This document shows positions 56,218-64,000 of a stretch of DNA of 64,000 bases, piece by piece. Position numbers and translations under genes: made by a program. Source of the stretch: an uncultured Christensenella sp. (lineage in GTDB: Bacteria > Bacillota > Clostridia > Christensenellales > UBA1242); contig CAYSUK010000006.1 in assembly GCA_964434265.1 (NCBI GenBank), positions 11,398-75,397 on the forward strand. The letters are read 5' to 3'. Within the stretch, counting starts at the first letter, position 1; each line of letters starts with the position of its first letter. Under the pieces are notes generated by a model. It was not told the origin of the DNA. It saw only the letters and a program-made list of their open reading frames with translations, and made no database searches.

Positions 56218-59200
56218 ATGTTTGAATTAAATAATTTGGCATCAATCAGATTAGGAATAGCATCTCCCGAGAAGATAAGAGAGTGGAGTTATGGTGAAGT
56301 TACAAAATCGGAGACCATAAACTATCGTACTCACAAGCCAGAAATTGGCGGTCTTCTTTGCGAAAGAATATTTGGACCTAAGAAAAACTGGGAATGCCAT
56401 TGTGGTAAATACAAACGTATTCGCCACAAAGGTGTTATCTGTGACAAATGTGGAGTAGAAGTAACTAAATCAAGTGTTAGACGTGAACGTATGGGTCACA
56501 TCGAACTTGCAACTCCAGTCGCACATATTTGGTTTATGCAAAGTATTCCAAGTCGTATCGGAACACTTATAAATCTAAATGCAAAACAACTTGAAAAAGT
56601 AGTATATTATGTAAGTTATGTTGTAATAAATCCAGCAAACTCAGGACTACAAAAGTATCAAGTAATTACTGATGCTGAGTACCGTGAAGCAATGGACAAA
56701 TACGGCGAACAAGGCTTTAAGGCAGGTATGGGTGGCGAAGCAATTAAAGAGCTTCTTGCCGAAATCGATGTCGAGAAAGAATGTGTCGAACTTAGAGAAC
56801 TTTGTGATAAAAACAAAGGTCAAAAGAAAGTTAAACTTACTAAGAGACTAGAAATACTAGAAAGTTTCCGTCGTAGCGGAAACAAACCAGAGTGGATGGT
56901 TATGGACGTAATTCCAGTTACACCACCTGACACTCGTCCTATGATCCAACTTGACGGCGGACGTTTTGCCACATCTGACATAAACGACCTATATCGTCGT
57001 ATCATAAACCGCAACAACCGTCTTAAAAAATTCATTTCTATCGGTGCTCCAGAAGTAATCGTTAGAAACGAAAAACGTATGTTGCAAGAAGCTGTTGATG
57101 CGCTTATTGAAAATGGTAAACGTGGCAAGGCTGTTCAAGGTCCAAAACAACGTGAACTTAAATCACTTACAGCAAGTTTGAAGGGTAAACCAGGTCGCTT
57201 TAGACAAAACTTGCTTGGTAAACGTGTTGACTACTCAGGTCGTTCGGTTATCGTCGTAGGACCAGAACTAAAAATGTACCAATGCGGTCTTCCAAAAGAG
57301 ATGGCACTCGAACTATTTAAGCCATTTATCATGCACAAACTTGTTGAGCGTAATATATCGCTAAACTTCAAAGCTGCAAAACGTATGATAGAGAGCCAAA
57401 AACCAGTTGTTTGGGATATACTTGAAGAAGTCATTGTTGATCACCCAGTTATGCTAAACCGTGCACCATCACTTCACAGACTTTCTATCCAAGCCTTCGA
57501 GCCAGTGCTTGTAGAAGGTAGAGCGATAAAACTTCACCCACTTGTTTGCGGTGGCTTTAACGCCGACTTTGACGGTGACCAAATGTCTGTCCATGTTCCA
57601 CTTAGCCCAGAAGCTATTGCTGAAGCACGACTACTTATGTTGTCGTCAAACAACATTCTAAAACCTGCTACAGGTGACCCTATCTGTACACCTACACAAG
57701 ACATGGTTCTTGGTAGCTACTATTTGACATTTGTCAAAGAAGACGGCAAGGGTGCTGGCAAAATGTTTAAAGACGAAGACGAAGCAATTATGGCTTACAA
57801 GTCAGGAGTTGTGGAAATCCAATCACCAATTTCTGTTAGACGTAGCGTAGAATTTGATGGTAAAACTGTCACTAAAAATGTTCCTACTACCGTAGGTAAA
57901 ATTATATTCAACTCAAATATCCCACAAAACATGGGATTTGTCGACAGACTTGATGAAAAGACAGTCTGCGACTATGAGATTGACTTCCTTGTAACTAAGA
58001 AAAAACTTGATGTAATTATCAAACAATGTTTTAATTCGCTAGGCACAACTGAAACTGTAAAAATGCTTGACCACGTAAAAGAGATGGGTTATAAGTATTC
58101 GACAATCGGTGCTATCACTATAAACGTGTTTGACATGCAAATTCCAGAAGTTAAGAAACAACTTATTGCAGATACTGAAGCGCAAGTACTTGAAAATGAG
58201 AAATTCTACAAACGTGGATTTATCACAGAAAACGAAAAACTTGACAGAAATATCAAACTTTGGAAAGACGCTACAAAACAACTTGAAGGTGTCGTATTAA
58301 AACAAATGCACCCACTAAACCCAGTACGTATGATGGCTGAGTCTGGTGCGCGTGGTAACGTAGGACAAGTACTCCAACTTTGCGGTATGCGTGGACTTAT
58401 GAGTAATACATCAGGTCGTAAGGTTGATATTCCAGTTAAGTCAAACTTCCGTACAGGACTTACACCACTCGAGTACTTTATTTCGTCACGTGGTGGACGT
58501 AAAGGTCTTGCCGATAAGGTACTTAAGACAGCCGACTCAGGTTATTTGACACGTCGTCTTGAAGCCGTAGCACAAGAAGTAATCATAACCGAAGAAGACT
58601 GCTTTAAAAACAATAATGAAAAAGTTAAAGGTCTTGCTGTATCAGCAATCGTAAAAGAAGGTACACCAGTTTGTAGCCTAAAACAACGTATTATAGGTCG
58701 TTTTACTGTAAACGATGTGCTTGACCCTAAGACTAAGAAAGTAATCGTTCCTGCTGATACAATGGTAACTACTGAAATGGCAGATGCTGTTGAGAAAGCT
58801 GGAATCACAACTGTCGAAATCCGTACTGCACTTACTTGCCGTTGTAAAAATGGTATCTGTGCTAAGTGTTATGGTAAAAACATGAGTAGCACTCGCATAG
58901 TTCCTATGGGCGAAGCTGTTGGTATTATCGCAGCGCAAGCGATTGGTGAGCCAGGTACTCAGCTTACAATGCGTACCTTCCACACTGGTGGTGTTGCAAA
59001 TGCTGCCGATATTACACAAGGTCTTCCACGTGTTGCCGAAGTATTTGAAGCAAGACGTCCAAAGGGTGTTGCGACTGTATCAGAAGTTGCTGGTAAGGTC
59101 CAACTTAAAGAAGTTCAAGCCCAAAACAAAGACGGTGGCAAATACTACGAAGTCTTTGTTAAAAACCCAGACGGCGATGGCCACTACATTATCCCTTATG

Positions 59201-59823
59201 GAGTTCAACTTAAAGTTAAAAATGGCGATATGGTTGAGGCAGGCTCAGTGCTTACAGAAGGTAGCATTTACCCAAGCGACATTTTGCGTACTCGTGGTAT
59301 TAGAGATGTTCAAAACTACCTACTTCAAGAAATACTTTCGACTTACTCGTCTCAAGGTGTTTCGCTAAACACAAAACACGTCGAGATTATCATTAGACAA
59401 ATGCTTCGTAATGTTCGTATCGAAGATAGCGGTAGTACAAACCTACTTATGGGCGAAATTGTGGACCACTACAAATACGAAGAAGAAAACGAACGTGTAT
59501 TGCAAGAAGGTGGAGTACCAGCTACTGCAAAACGTCTTGTTCAAGGTATCACAAAAGCTGCATTGTCAAACCCAAGTTTCCTTGCAGCTGCTGCATTCCA
59601 AGAGACTTCAAGAGTGCTTACTGACGCTGCTATTAAGGGTAAAGTCGACAATCTTGTAGGTCTAAAAGAGAACCTAATGATTGGTAAACAAATCCCTGCA
59701 GGTACTGGTTATGTCGCTATTAAAAACATCAATCCAGTATGTTCGGACGAAGTGGTTGAAAACAACTCATCAATGGACGACGACACTGCAAAACTATTTG
59801 AAGAGTCAGTAGACGAAATCTAA
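56218..59823 (+). CDS. rpoC: DNA-directed RNA polymerase subunit beta'
   Basis: NADFDGDQM catalytic loop, Zn-finger CHCGKY...[17 protein letters not shown] trigger loop. Confidence 0.99.
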   Translation: MFELNNLASIRLGIASPEKIREWSYGEVTKSETINYRTHKPEIGGLLCERIFGPKKNWECHCGKYKRIRHKGVICDKCGVEVTKSSVRRERMGHIELATPVAHIWFMQSIPSRIGTLINLNAKQLEKVVYYVSYVVINPANSGLQKYQVITDAEYREAMDKYGEQGFKAGMGGEAIKELLAEIDVEKECVELRELCDKNKGQKKVKLTKRLEILESFRRSGNKPEWMVMDVIPVTPPDTRPMIQLDGGRFATSDINDLYRRIINRNNRLKKFISIGAPEVIVRNEKRMLQEAVDALIENGKRGKAVQGPKQRELKSLTASLKGKPGRFRQNLLGKRVDYSGRSVIVVGPELKMYQCGLPKEMALELFKPFIMHKLVERNISLNFKAAKRMIESQKPVVWDILEEVIVDHPVMLNRAPSLHRLSIQAFEPVLVEGRAIKLHPLVCGGFNADFDGDQMSVHVPLSPEAIAEARLLMLSSNNILKPATGDPICTPTQDMVLGSYYLTFVKEDGKGAGKMFKDEDEAIMAYKSGVVEIQSPISVRRSVEFDGKTVTKNVPTTVGKIIFNSNIPQNMGFVDRLDEKTVCDYEIDFLVTKKKLDVIIKQCFNSLGTTETVKMLDHVKEMGYKYSTIGAITINVFDMQIPEVKKQLIADTEAQVLENEKFYKRGFITENEKLDRNIKLWKDATKQLEGVVLKQMHPLNPVRMMAESGARGNVGQVLQLCGMRGLMSNTSGRKVDIPVKSNFRTGLTPLEYFISSRGGRKGLADKVLKTADSGYLTRRLEAVAQEVIITEEDCFKNNNEKVKGLAVSAIVKEGTPVCSLKQRIIGRFTVNDVLDPKTKKVIVPADTMVTTEMADAVEKAGITTVEIRTALTCRCKNGICAKCYGKNMSSTRIVPMGEAVGIIAAQAIGEPGTQLTMRTFHTGGVANAADITQGLPRVAEVFEARRPKGVATVSEVAGKVQLKEVQAQNKDGGKYYEVFVKNPDGDGHYIIPYGVQLKVKNGDMVEAGSVLTEGSIYPSDILRTRGIRDVQNYLLQEILSTYSSQGVSLNTKHVEIIIRQMLRNVRIEDSGSTNLLMGEIVDHYKYEEENERVLQEGGVPATAKRLVQGITKAALSNPSFLAAAAFQETSRVLTDAAIKGKVDNLVGLKENLMIGKQIPAGTGYVAIKNINPVCSDEVVENNSSMDDDTAKLFEESVDEI

Positions 59824-59862
59824 ATTATTATACCGATATAGTATATAAATATTAGCAGAGAG

Positions 59863-59890
59863 AAAAGACGGGCGACCGTCTTTTTTCTTT
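59863..59890 (+). terminator. Rho-independent terminator of rpoBC
   Basis: AAAAGACGG-GCGA-CCGTCTTTT plus T run (GNRA loop). Confidence 0.9.
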
Positions 59891-60046
59891 TGTCGCCCAA
59901 ATGAGATATTAAGAAACTTTTATTTCTAAAATCATATTGTCGTTCCTTTTTAAGTCAAAGAAAACTCAACTATCAAAAGTAGTTATTATATCATAACCAA
60001 TTTGTAAAAAACGACGATTTGTAGCCAAAAAAATGAAATTTGGGTA

Positions 60047-60075
60047 TTTACAAATGGAAAAAAGTGTTGTATAAT
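60047..60075 (+). promoter_or_regulatory. Putative sigma-A promoter of orphan gene A
   Basis: TTTACA, 17 bp spacer, TATAAT. Confidence 0.7.
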
Positions 60076-60101
60076 AACCAAGAAATATTAGGGAGACGAT
60101 T

Positions 60102-60887
60102 ATGCAAGAAAATAAAACACAAGAAAGATTGAATTTGGGCGATTTCCAAATGCTAGTTTTGATGGCAAATGGATACCTATTTCAAAATCAAGACAATGGC
60201 TATATATATGCTAAAAATAAATTAACAAAACAAATTACGGAAGTAAAAATTTTAAAAAATCAATTTGACTGTATAGAAGATGAAATTTATTCGTCAAAGA
60301 TTCATAAGTACGAATATTTGTCTTTGATTAAGGCTACTGTCAATAAACCTATTTGGAACAAATATTATGGTCAAATCGAGTCACTTTATGACGAAAGAAA
60401 GTATACCGAACTTTGGACATTGCTTGGTGGTTATGCCACAGAAAAAATAGTAAAAGAAGGCTTGTTTAATGATAAAGCTTGTAAAAACTTTATCGGAACA
60501 AATAGTACCGAATATTTACAAATAAAAGGCAAAGCCAACAAATCAAATATGGACGTGCTAGGTGTAGAAGGTCCATATAATGTATATAAAAACGACCAAC
60601 TTGTATCTGTCGACCAAAACCCATATCAAAGAGTAGTAGATACTACAAAGAAGACACTTGACGCAATGGGCAAGAGACGTATGTATAATGAGATTTGGAT
60701 AAATGCTCAAAAAGGTCGCAAAACAGATTCTGATTTGTATGACGAAAAAGCTAGCCTTAGATTTTGGAAACAGCCAAATTGGTGGAAACCTATCAAAAAG
60801 GAAAGGTCGCGTCAAGCAAGAGTAGATATCGACAAATTTATTGAGAAACAAAAAAGTAAAAATGACACAAAAGAAACTAGTCGTTAG
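60102..60887 (+). CDS. Hypothetical protein (261 aa, soluble, basic C-terminus)
   Basis: Long ORF with GGGAG RBS and its own promoter; no recognisable motif. Confidence 0.8.
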   Translation: MQENKTQERLNLGDFQMLVLMANGYLFQNQDNGYIYAKNKLTKQITEVKILKNQFDCIEDEIYSSKIHKYEYLSLIKATVNKPIWNKYYGQIESLYDERKYTELWTLLGGYATEKIVKEGLFNDKACKNFIGTNSTEYLQIKGKANKSNMDVLGVEGPYNVYKNDQLVSVDQNPYQRVVDTTKKTLDAMGKRRMYNEIWINAQKGRKTDSDLYDEKASLRFWKQPNWWKPIKKERSRQARVDIDKFIEKQKSKNDTKETSR

Positions 60888-60914
60888 ACACATTTGCTAA
60901 ATAAAAAAATAGTA

Positions 60915-60943
60915 TTTACAAAACAAAACAAATGTGTTATAAT
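60915..60943 (+). promoter_or_regulatory. Putative sigma-A promoter of orphan gene B
   Basis: TTTACA, 17 bp spacer, TG-T-TATAAT. Confidence 0.7.
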
Positions 60944-60973
60944 TAGTAAACCTTCTAAGGAGGATAGTATTAT

Positions 60974-61729
60974 ATGATAGATAAATACGAAAACAGTTTG
61001 AATAAAATGATGTCCAAAAGTAATGCTCAACTAAACAGTATTTACATTTTAGCATCGTATATGACTATGGGTTATCAAATAGTCGACATAAATCCAGGCA
61101 TGAAGACGATTACACTTGTTGACAAAGAGTTTAATTCGCCAGTAGTTATGTTAAACTATGATGCCCGCCATGCCCACAACGAAAGACAAACAGGCATAGT
61201 TGATATGCAAGCGGTTGCCTTAATGGAACATATCAAAGGACACTTTCAAAACCTTGTTTCTACGTACCCTAACATTAACTTCGGCAGAGCATTGACTACT
61301 TTGGAAAATAGTGTCAAAAACTATAACGGTCGTAAAGTGACAGATGTTGAAGAAGTAGCTAAGCTCCTCAAAGAGAGATGTATTGGAATAGATAGGGATA
61401 AAATCAGAAAAAATATTGATGGTTATCTTCCATACTTTAAAAAAGGCGAACTTGAACACAAAATTTTAAGCGAAGTAAAGACTGGACTTGTTGAGCGAGA
61501 CAATACTGTTGAAAACATTTACTCGCACAAAACAGGCGAGCGTCCAAAAGCAATTAAGGGTGTCGGTAATAATTACACATATATGTACGGTGCCGTTCCT
61601 ATCAACTTCGAAGCTTCCAGCCAACAAGAGGCAAACGAAAAGGCAAATGAGTTCTGGAAAGAGCATAAAATTAGCGAACATCAAAAACAACAACGTATAG
61701 AAAACAATTCTGAGGGTAAATCACAATAA
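60974..61729 (+). CDS. Hypothetical protein (251 aa, soluble)
   Basis: AAGGAGG RBS, own promoter and terminator; no recognisable motif. Confidence 0.85.
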   Translation: MIDKYENSLNKMMSKSNAQLNSIYILASYMTMGYQIVDINPGMKTITLVDKEFNSPVVMLNYDARHAHNERQTGIVDMQAVALMEHIKGHFQNLVSTYPNINFGRALTTLENSVKNYNGRKVTDVEEVAKLLKERCIGIDRDKIRKNIDGYLPYFKKGELEHKILSEVKTGLVERDNTVENIYSHKTGERPKAIKGVGNNYTYMYGAVPINFEASSQQEANEKANEFWKEHKISEHQKQQRIENNSEGKSQ

Positions 61730-61734
61730 TTTTT

Positions 61735-61762
61735 AAATAAGGCAGATATGCCTTATTTTTTT
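61735..61762 (+). terminator. Rho-independent terminator
   Basis: AAATAAGGCA-GATA-TGCCTTATTT plus T run. Confidence 0.85.
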
Positions 61763-61804
61763 GTGCAAACTCTAAAAAACTTGCATTTTATACCCACTAT
61801 TGAT

Positions 61805-61833
61805 TTTACAAAGTGTAATTTTTATGATAAAAT
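61805..61833 (+). promoter_or_regulatory. Putative promoter of the hicB-like gene with an inverted repeat over the -35
   Basis: TTTACA, 17 bp spacer, TG-A-TAAAAT; TTACA-AAG-TGTAA inverted repeat at 61806-61818. Confidence 0.55.
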
Positions 61834-61862
61834 AACAAAAATAAATGGGAAATGGAGTAGGT

Positions 61863-62147
61863 ATGAAGTCATACGTTTATCCCGCAGTTTTGTTTCCTGA
61901 TGACGAAATGGGTGGGTATACAATCGCAATATACGACTTGTCGTTGTTTAATGAAGGTGACTCTGTAGAAGAGGCACATGCTATTATGCAAGACATGTTG
62001 ACTTCGTATATTGAGACTAGCCTTAAATATAATATCGAACTTCCAGTCCCTACCGATTTTGGCACTTTTATGAAAAAATATCCAAAAAATCTTTGTATCC
62101 TTGTCGAAGCCAAACTCGATAAGCAAAACAAATCACTATTAAAATAA
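61863..62147 (+). CDS. hicB: HicB-family antitoxin-like protein (no adjacent hicA)
   Basis: Likely ATG at 61863 after GGAG. YVYPAVL..D..GGY.I...DL....EGDSVEEA.....L..YI......ELPVPT is the HicB N-terminal fold signature. Confidence 0.8.
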   Translation: MKSYVYPAVLFPDDEMGGYTIAIYDLSLFNEGDSVEEAHAIMQDMLTSYIETSLKYNIELPVPTDFGTFMKKYPKNLCILVEAKLDKQNKSLLK

Positions 62148-62163
62148 AAAACCCCTTTCTTTT

Positions 62164-62192
62164 CACCACTCTCACTGAGAGTGGTGTTTTTT
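62164..62192 (+). terminator. Rho-independent terminator
   Basis: CACCACTCTC-ACT-GAGAGTGGTG plus T6. Confidence 0.9.
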
Positions 62193-62249
62193 ATTAGATT
62201 GTATTGAAAAAATATTATTATTTATAATAATAAAATTATGGTAAATATG

Positions 62250-62278
62250 TTGACATGGGGTGTTTTATTTGGTACACT
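62250..62278 (+). promoter_or_regulatory. Sigma-A promoter of the str operon
   Basis: TTGACA, 17 bp spacer, TG-G-TACACT. Confidence 0.75.
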
Positions 62279-62460
62279 ATGTCGTGTATTATAGTATGGT
62301 GTATATTTGTGTCTATGTGACGGGTATCACTATTAGAAAGACCATATAGGTGTGAAAATTGTGTCTTTCTAAGCCCTCGTATTATAATAATTTGTGTTAG
62401 AGGGTAGTTTGAAAGAAAAAGGGTTGAGTTTTCTTTCAGTATTATTTTAGGAGGGTTAAG

Positions 62461-62832
62461 ATGCCAACAATAAACCAATTAGTAAATCAAGGCAGAAAAA
62501 AGATTGCAGTAAAATCTAATGTTCCTATCTTGGATGAAAACCCACAAAAAAGAGGTGTGTGCCTAAGCGTTACTACCACTTCTCCTAAAAAGCCTAACTC
62601 AGCTTTGAGAAAAATCGCAAGAGTAAGACTTAGCAATGGTGAAGAAGGTACTGTTTATATCCCAGGCGAAGGTCACAATCTTCAAGAGCACAGTGTTGTG
62701 CTTATTCGTGGGGGCAGGGTAAGAGACTTACCAGGTGTCAGATATCATATCATCCGTGGAGCACTTGATGCATCAGGTGTTGCGAAGAGAAAACAATCTC
62801 GTAGCAAATATGGTACTAAGAAAGGCAAATAA
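62461..62832 (+). CDS. rpsL: 30S ribosomal protein S12
   Basis: [34 protein letters not shown]. Confidence 0.99.
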   Translation: MPTINQLVNQGRKKIAVKSNVPILDENPQKRGVCLSVTTTSPKKPNSALRKIARVRLSNGEEGTVYIPGEGHNLQEHSVVLIRGGRVRDLPGVRYHIIRGALDASGVAKRKQSRSKYGTKKGK

Positions 62833-62885
62833 TATTGCCATAGACCTTAGGGTCAAATAAATATACATTTTAAGGAGAAACAATT

Positions 62886-63356
62886 ATGCCAAGAAGAGGT
62901 GGCGTACCTAAGAGAGATGTATTGCCTGATCCACGTTATGGCGATAAAGTTGTGACCAAACTTATCAACCAAATTATGTTGGACGGTAAAAAAGCAATCG
63001 CTCAAAACATAGTGTACAATGCATTTGATATTATCAAAGAAAAACTTGGTGTTGAGCCTCAAGAGTACTTTACTCAAGCATTAAACAATCTAAAACCTAT
63101 GCTTGAGACAAAAGCTCGTAGAGTTGGTGGTTCAAACTATCAAGTTCCGCTAGAAGTTAGTCCTAAAAGACAACAAACTCTAGCAATCCGTTGGCTTGTA
63201 AAATATGCTCGTCTTAGAAGCGAAAAAGACATGGAGCAAAAACTTGCAGCCGAAATTATCGACGCCTACAATTGTACAGGCGGAGCATACAAAAAGAAAG
63301 ACGATACTCACAAAATGGCAGAAAGCAACAAGGCTTTTGCACATTATCGTTGGTAA
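62886..63356 (+). CDS. rpsG: 30S ribosomal protein S7
   Basis: [35 protein letters not shown]. Confidence 0.99.
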   Translation: MPRRGGVPKRDVLPDPRYGDKVVTKLINQIMLDGKKAIAQNIVYNAFDIIKEKLGVEPQEYFTQALNNLKPMLETKARRVGGSNYQVPLEVSPKRQQTLAIRWLVKYARLRSEKDMEQKLAAEIIDAYNCTGGAYKKKDDTHKMAESNKAFAHYRW

Positions 63357-63370
63357 AGGAGAATTAAGTT

Positions 63371-64000
63371 ATGCCTAGAAGCACTCCATTAAATTTACTT
63401 AGAAATGTGGGAATTATGGCTCACATTGATGCTGGTAAAACTACAACTACCGAACGTATTTTGTATTACACTGGCAAAACCCATAAAATAGGTGAGGTAC
63501 ACGATGGTGCCGCAACTATGGACTGGATGGAACAAGAACAAGAAAGAGGTATCACTATCACTAGTGCTGCTACTACTTGTTATTGGAAAGGCCATCAAAT
63601 AAACATTATTGATACCCCAGGACACGTTGACTTTACCGCTGAGGTAGAACGTAGTCTTAAAGTACTTGACGGCTCTGTTGCTGTATTTAGTGCTCGTGAG
63701 GGTGTTCAAGCACAATCTGAAAAGGTTTGGCGTCAAGCCGACAAATATGAAGTTCCTCGTATGATTTTCGTAAACAAGATGGATCGTCCAGACGCAAATT
63801 TCTTGCGTGTTGTTGACAAAATCAAAGAGAGACTAGGAAGCAATGCTGTTCCTATCCAACTTCCTATCGGCCAAGCTGAGACTTTTAGAGGAATTATTGA
63901 CCTTATCGAAAACAAAGCATATATCTATCAAAACAACCTTGGAACAGATATCTTAGTAGAAGATATCCCAGAAGAGTACAAGGCTGATGCAGAGATTTAT
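63371..64000 (+). CDS. fusA: Elongation factor G, 5' part (truncated by window end)
   Basis: ATG at 63371 after AAGGAG; translates to [25 protein letters not shown]...[10 protein letters not shown]...IDTPGHVDF...FVNKMD. Not in the ORF track. Confidence 0.98.
   Translation, partial: MPRSTPLNLLRNVGIMAHIDAGKTTTTERILYYTGKTHKIGEVHDGAATMDWMEQEQERGITITSAATTCYWKGHQINIIDTPGHVDFTAEVERSLKVLDGSVAVFSAREGVQAQSEKVWRQADKYEVPRMIFVNKMDRPDANFLRVVDKIKERLGSNAVPIQLPIGQAETFRGIIDLIENKAYIYQNNLGTDILVEDIPEEYKADAEIY

Noticed and set aside
59891-62200. Prophage or mobile-element remnant between rpoC and rpsL
   Set aside because: No integrase, transposase, att-like direct repeats or phage genes were recognised.
62236-62478. 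80-aa minus-strand ORF upstream of rpsL
   Set aside because: Overlaps the str promoter, structured leader and rpsL start; no protein motif.

Overview
AT-rich bacterial chromosome segment, standard genetic code, almost all genes on the + strand. Gene content (spoIIQ-like, spoIIID, sigma-E promoter, mfd-prsA, clostridial-type rpoBC) points to a spore-forming Clostridia (Bacillota); this is an inference. Left part, 1-11.3 kb: housekeeping and sporulation genes (partial rlmH, tadA, degenerate glmU-like, pth, mfd, enlarged PrsA-like lipoprotein, LPG-synthase-type membrane protein, ywmB-like, spoIIQ-like, acpP, spoIIID, ttcA). Right part, 52.5-64 kb: rpoB-rpoC, two orphan genes plus an orphan hicB, then rpsL-rpsG-fusA (partial). 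Centre, 11.6-52.1 kb: two tandem, separately transcribed, paralogous giant lipoprotein genes (about 6150 and 7260 aa). They share a collinear architecture: lipobox, Ig-like arrays, 6 versus 8 GLUG-type beta-helix modules, variable inserts and a shared C-terminal domain of unknown type. This pair is the best candidate for an undescribed system. Secondary observations are resistance-type residues in RpoB (H526Q equivalent) and S12 (K88R), an unusual RpoC bridge helix, structured rpoB and rpsL leaders, and Spo0A-like boxes at the first giant gene. No tRNA, rRNA, CRISPR array, transposase, integrase or reverse transcriptase was seen. All calls come from reading the sequence; no searches were run.
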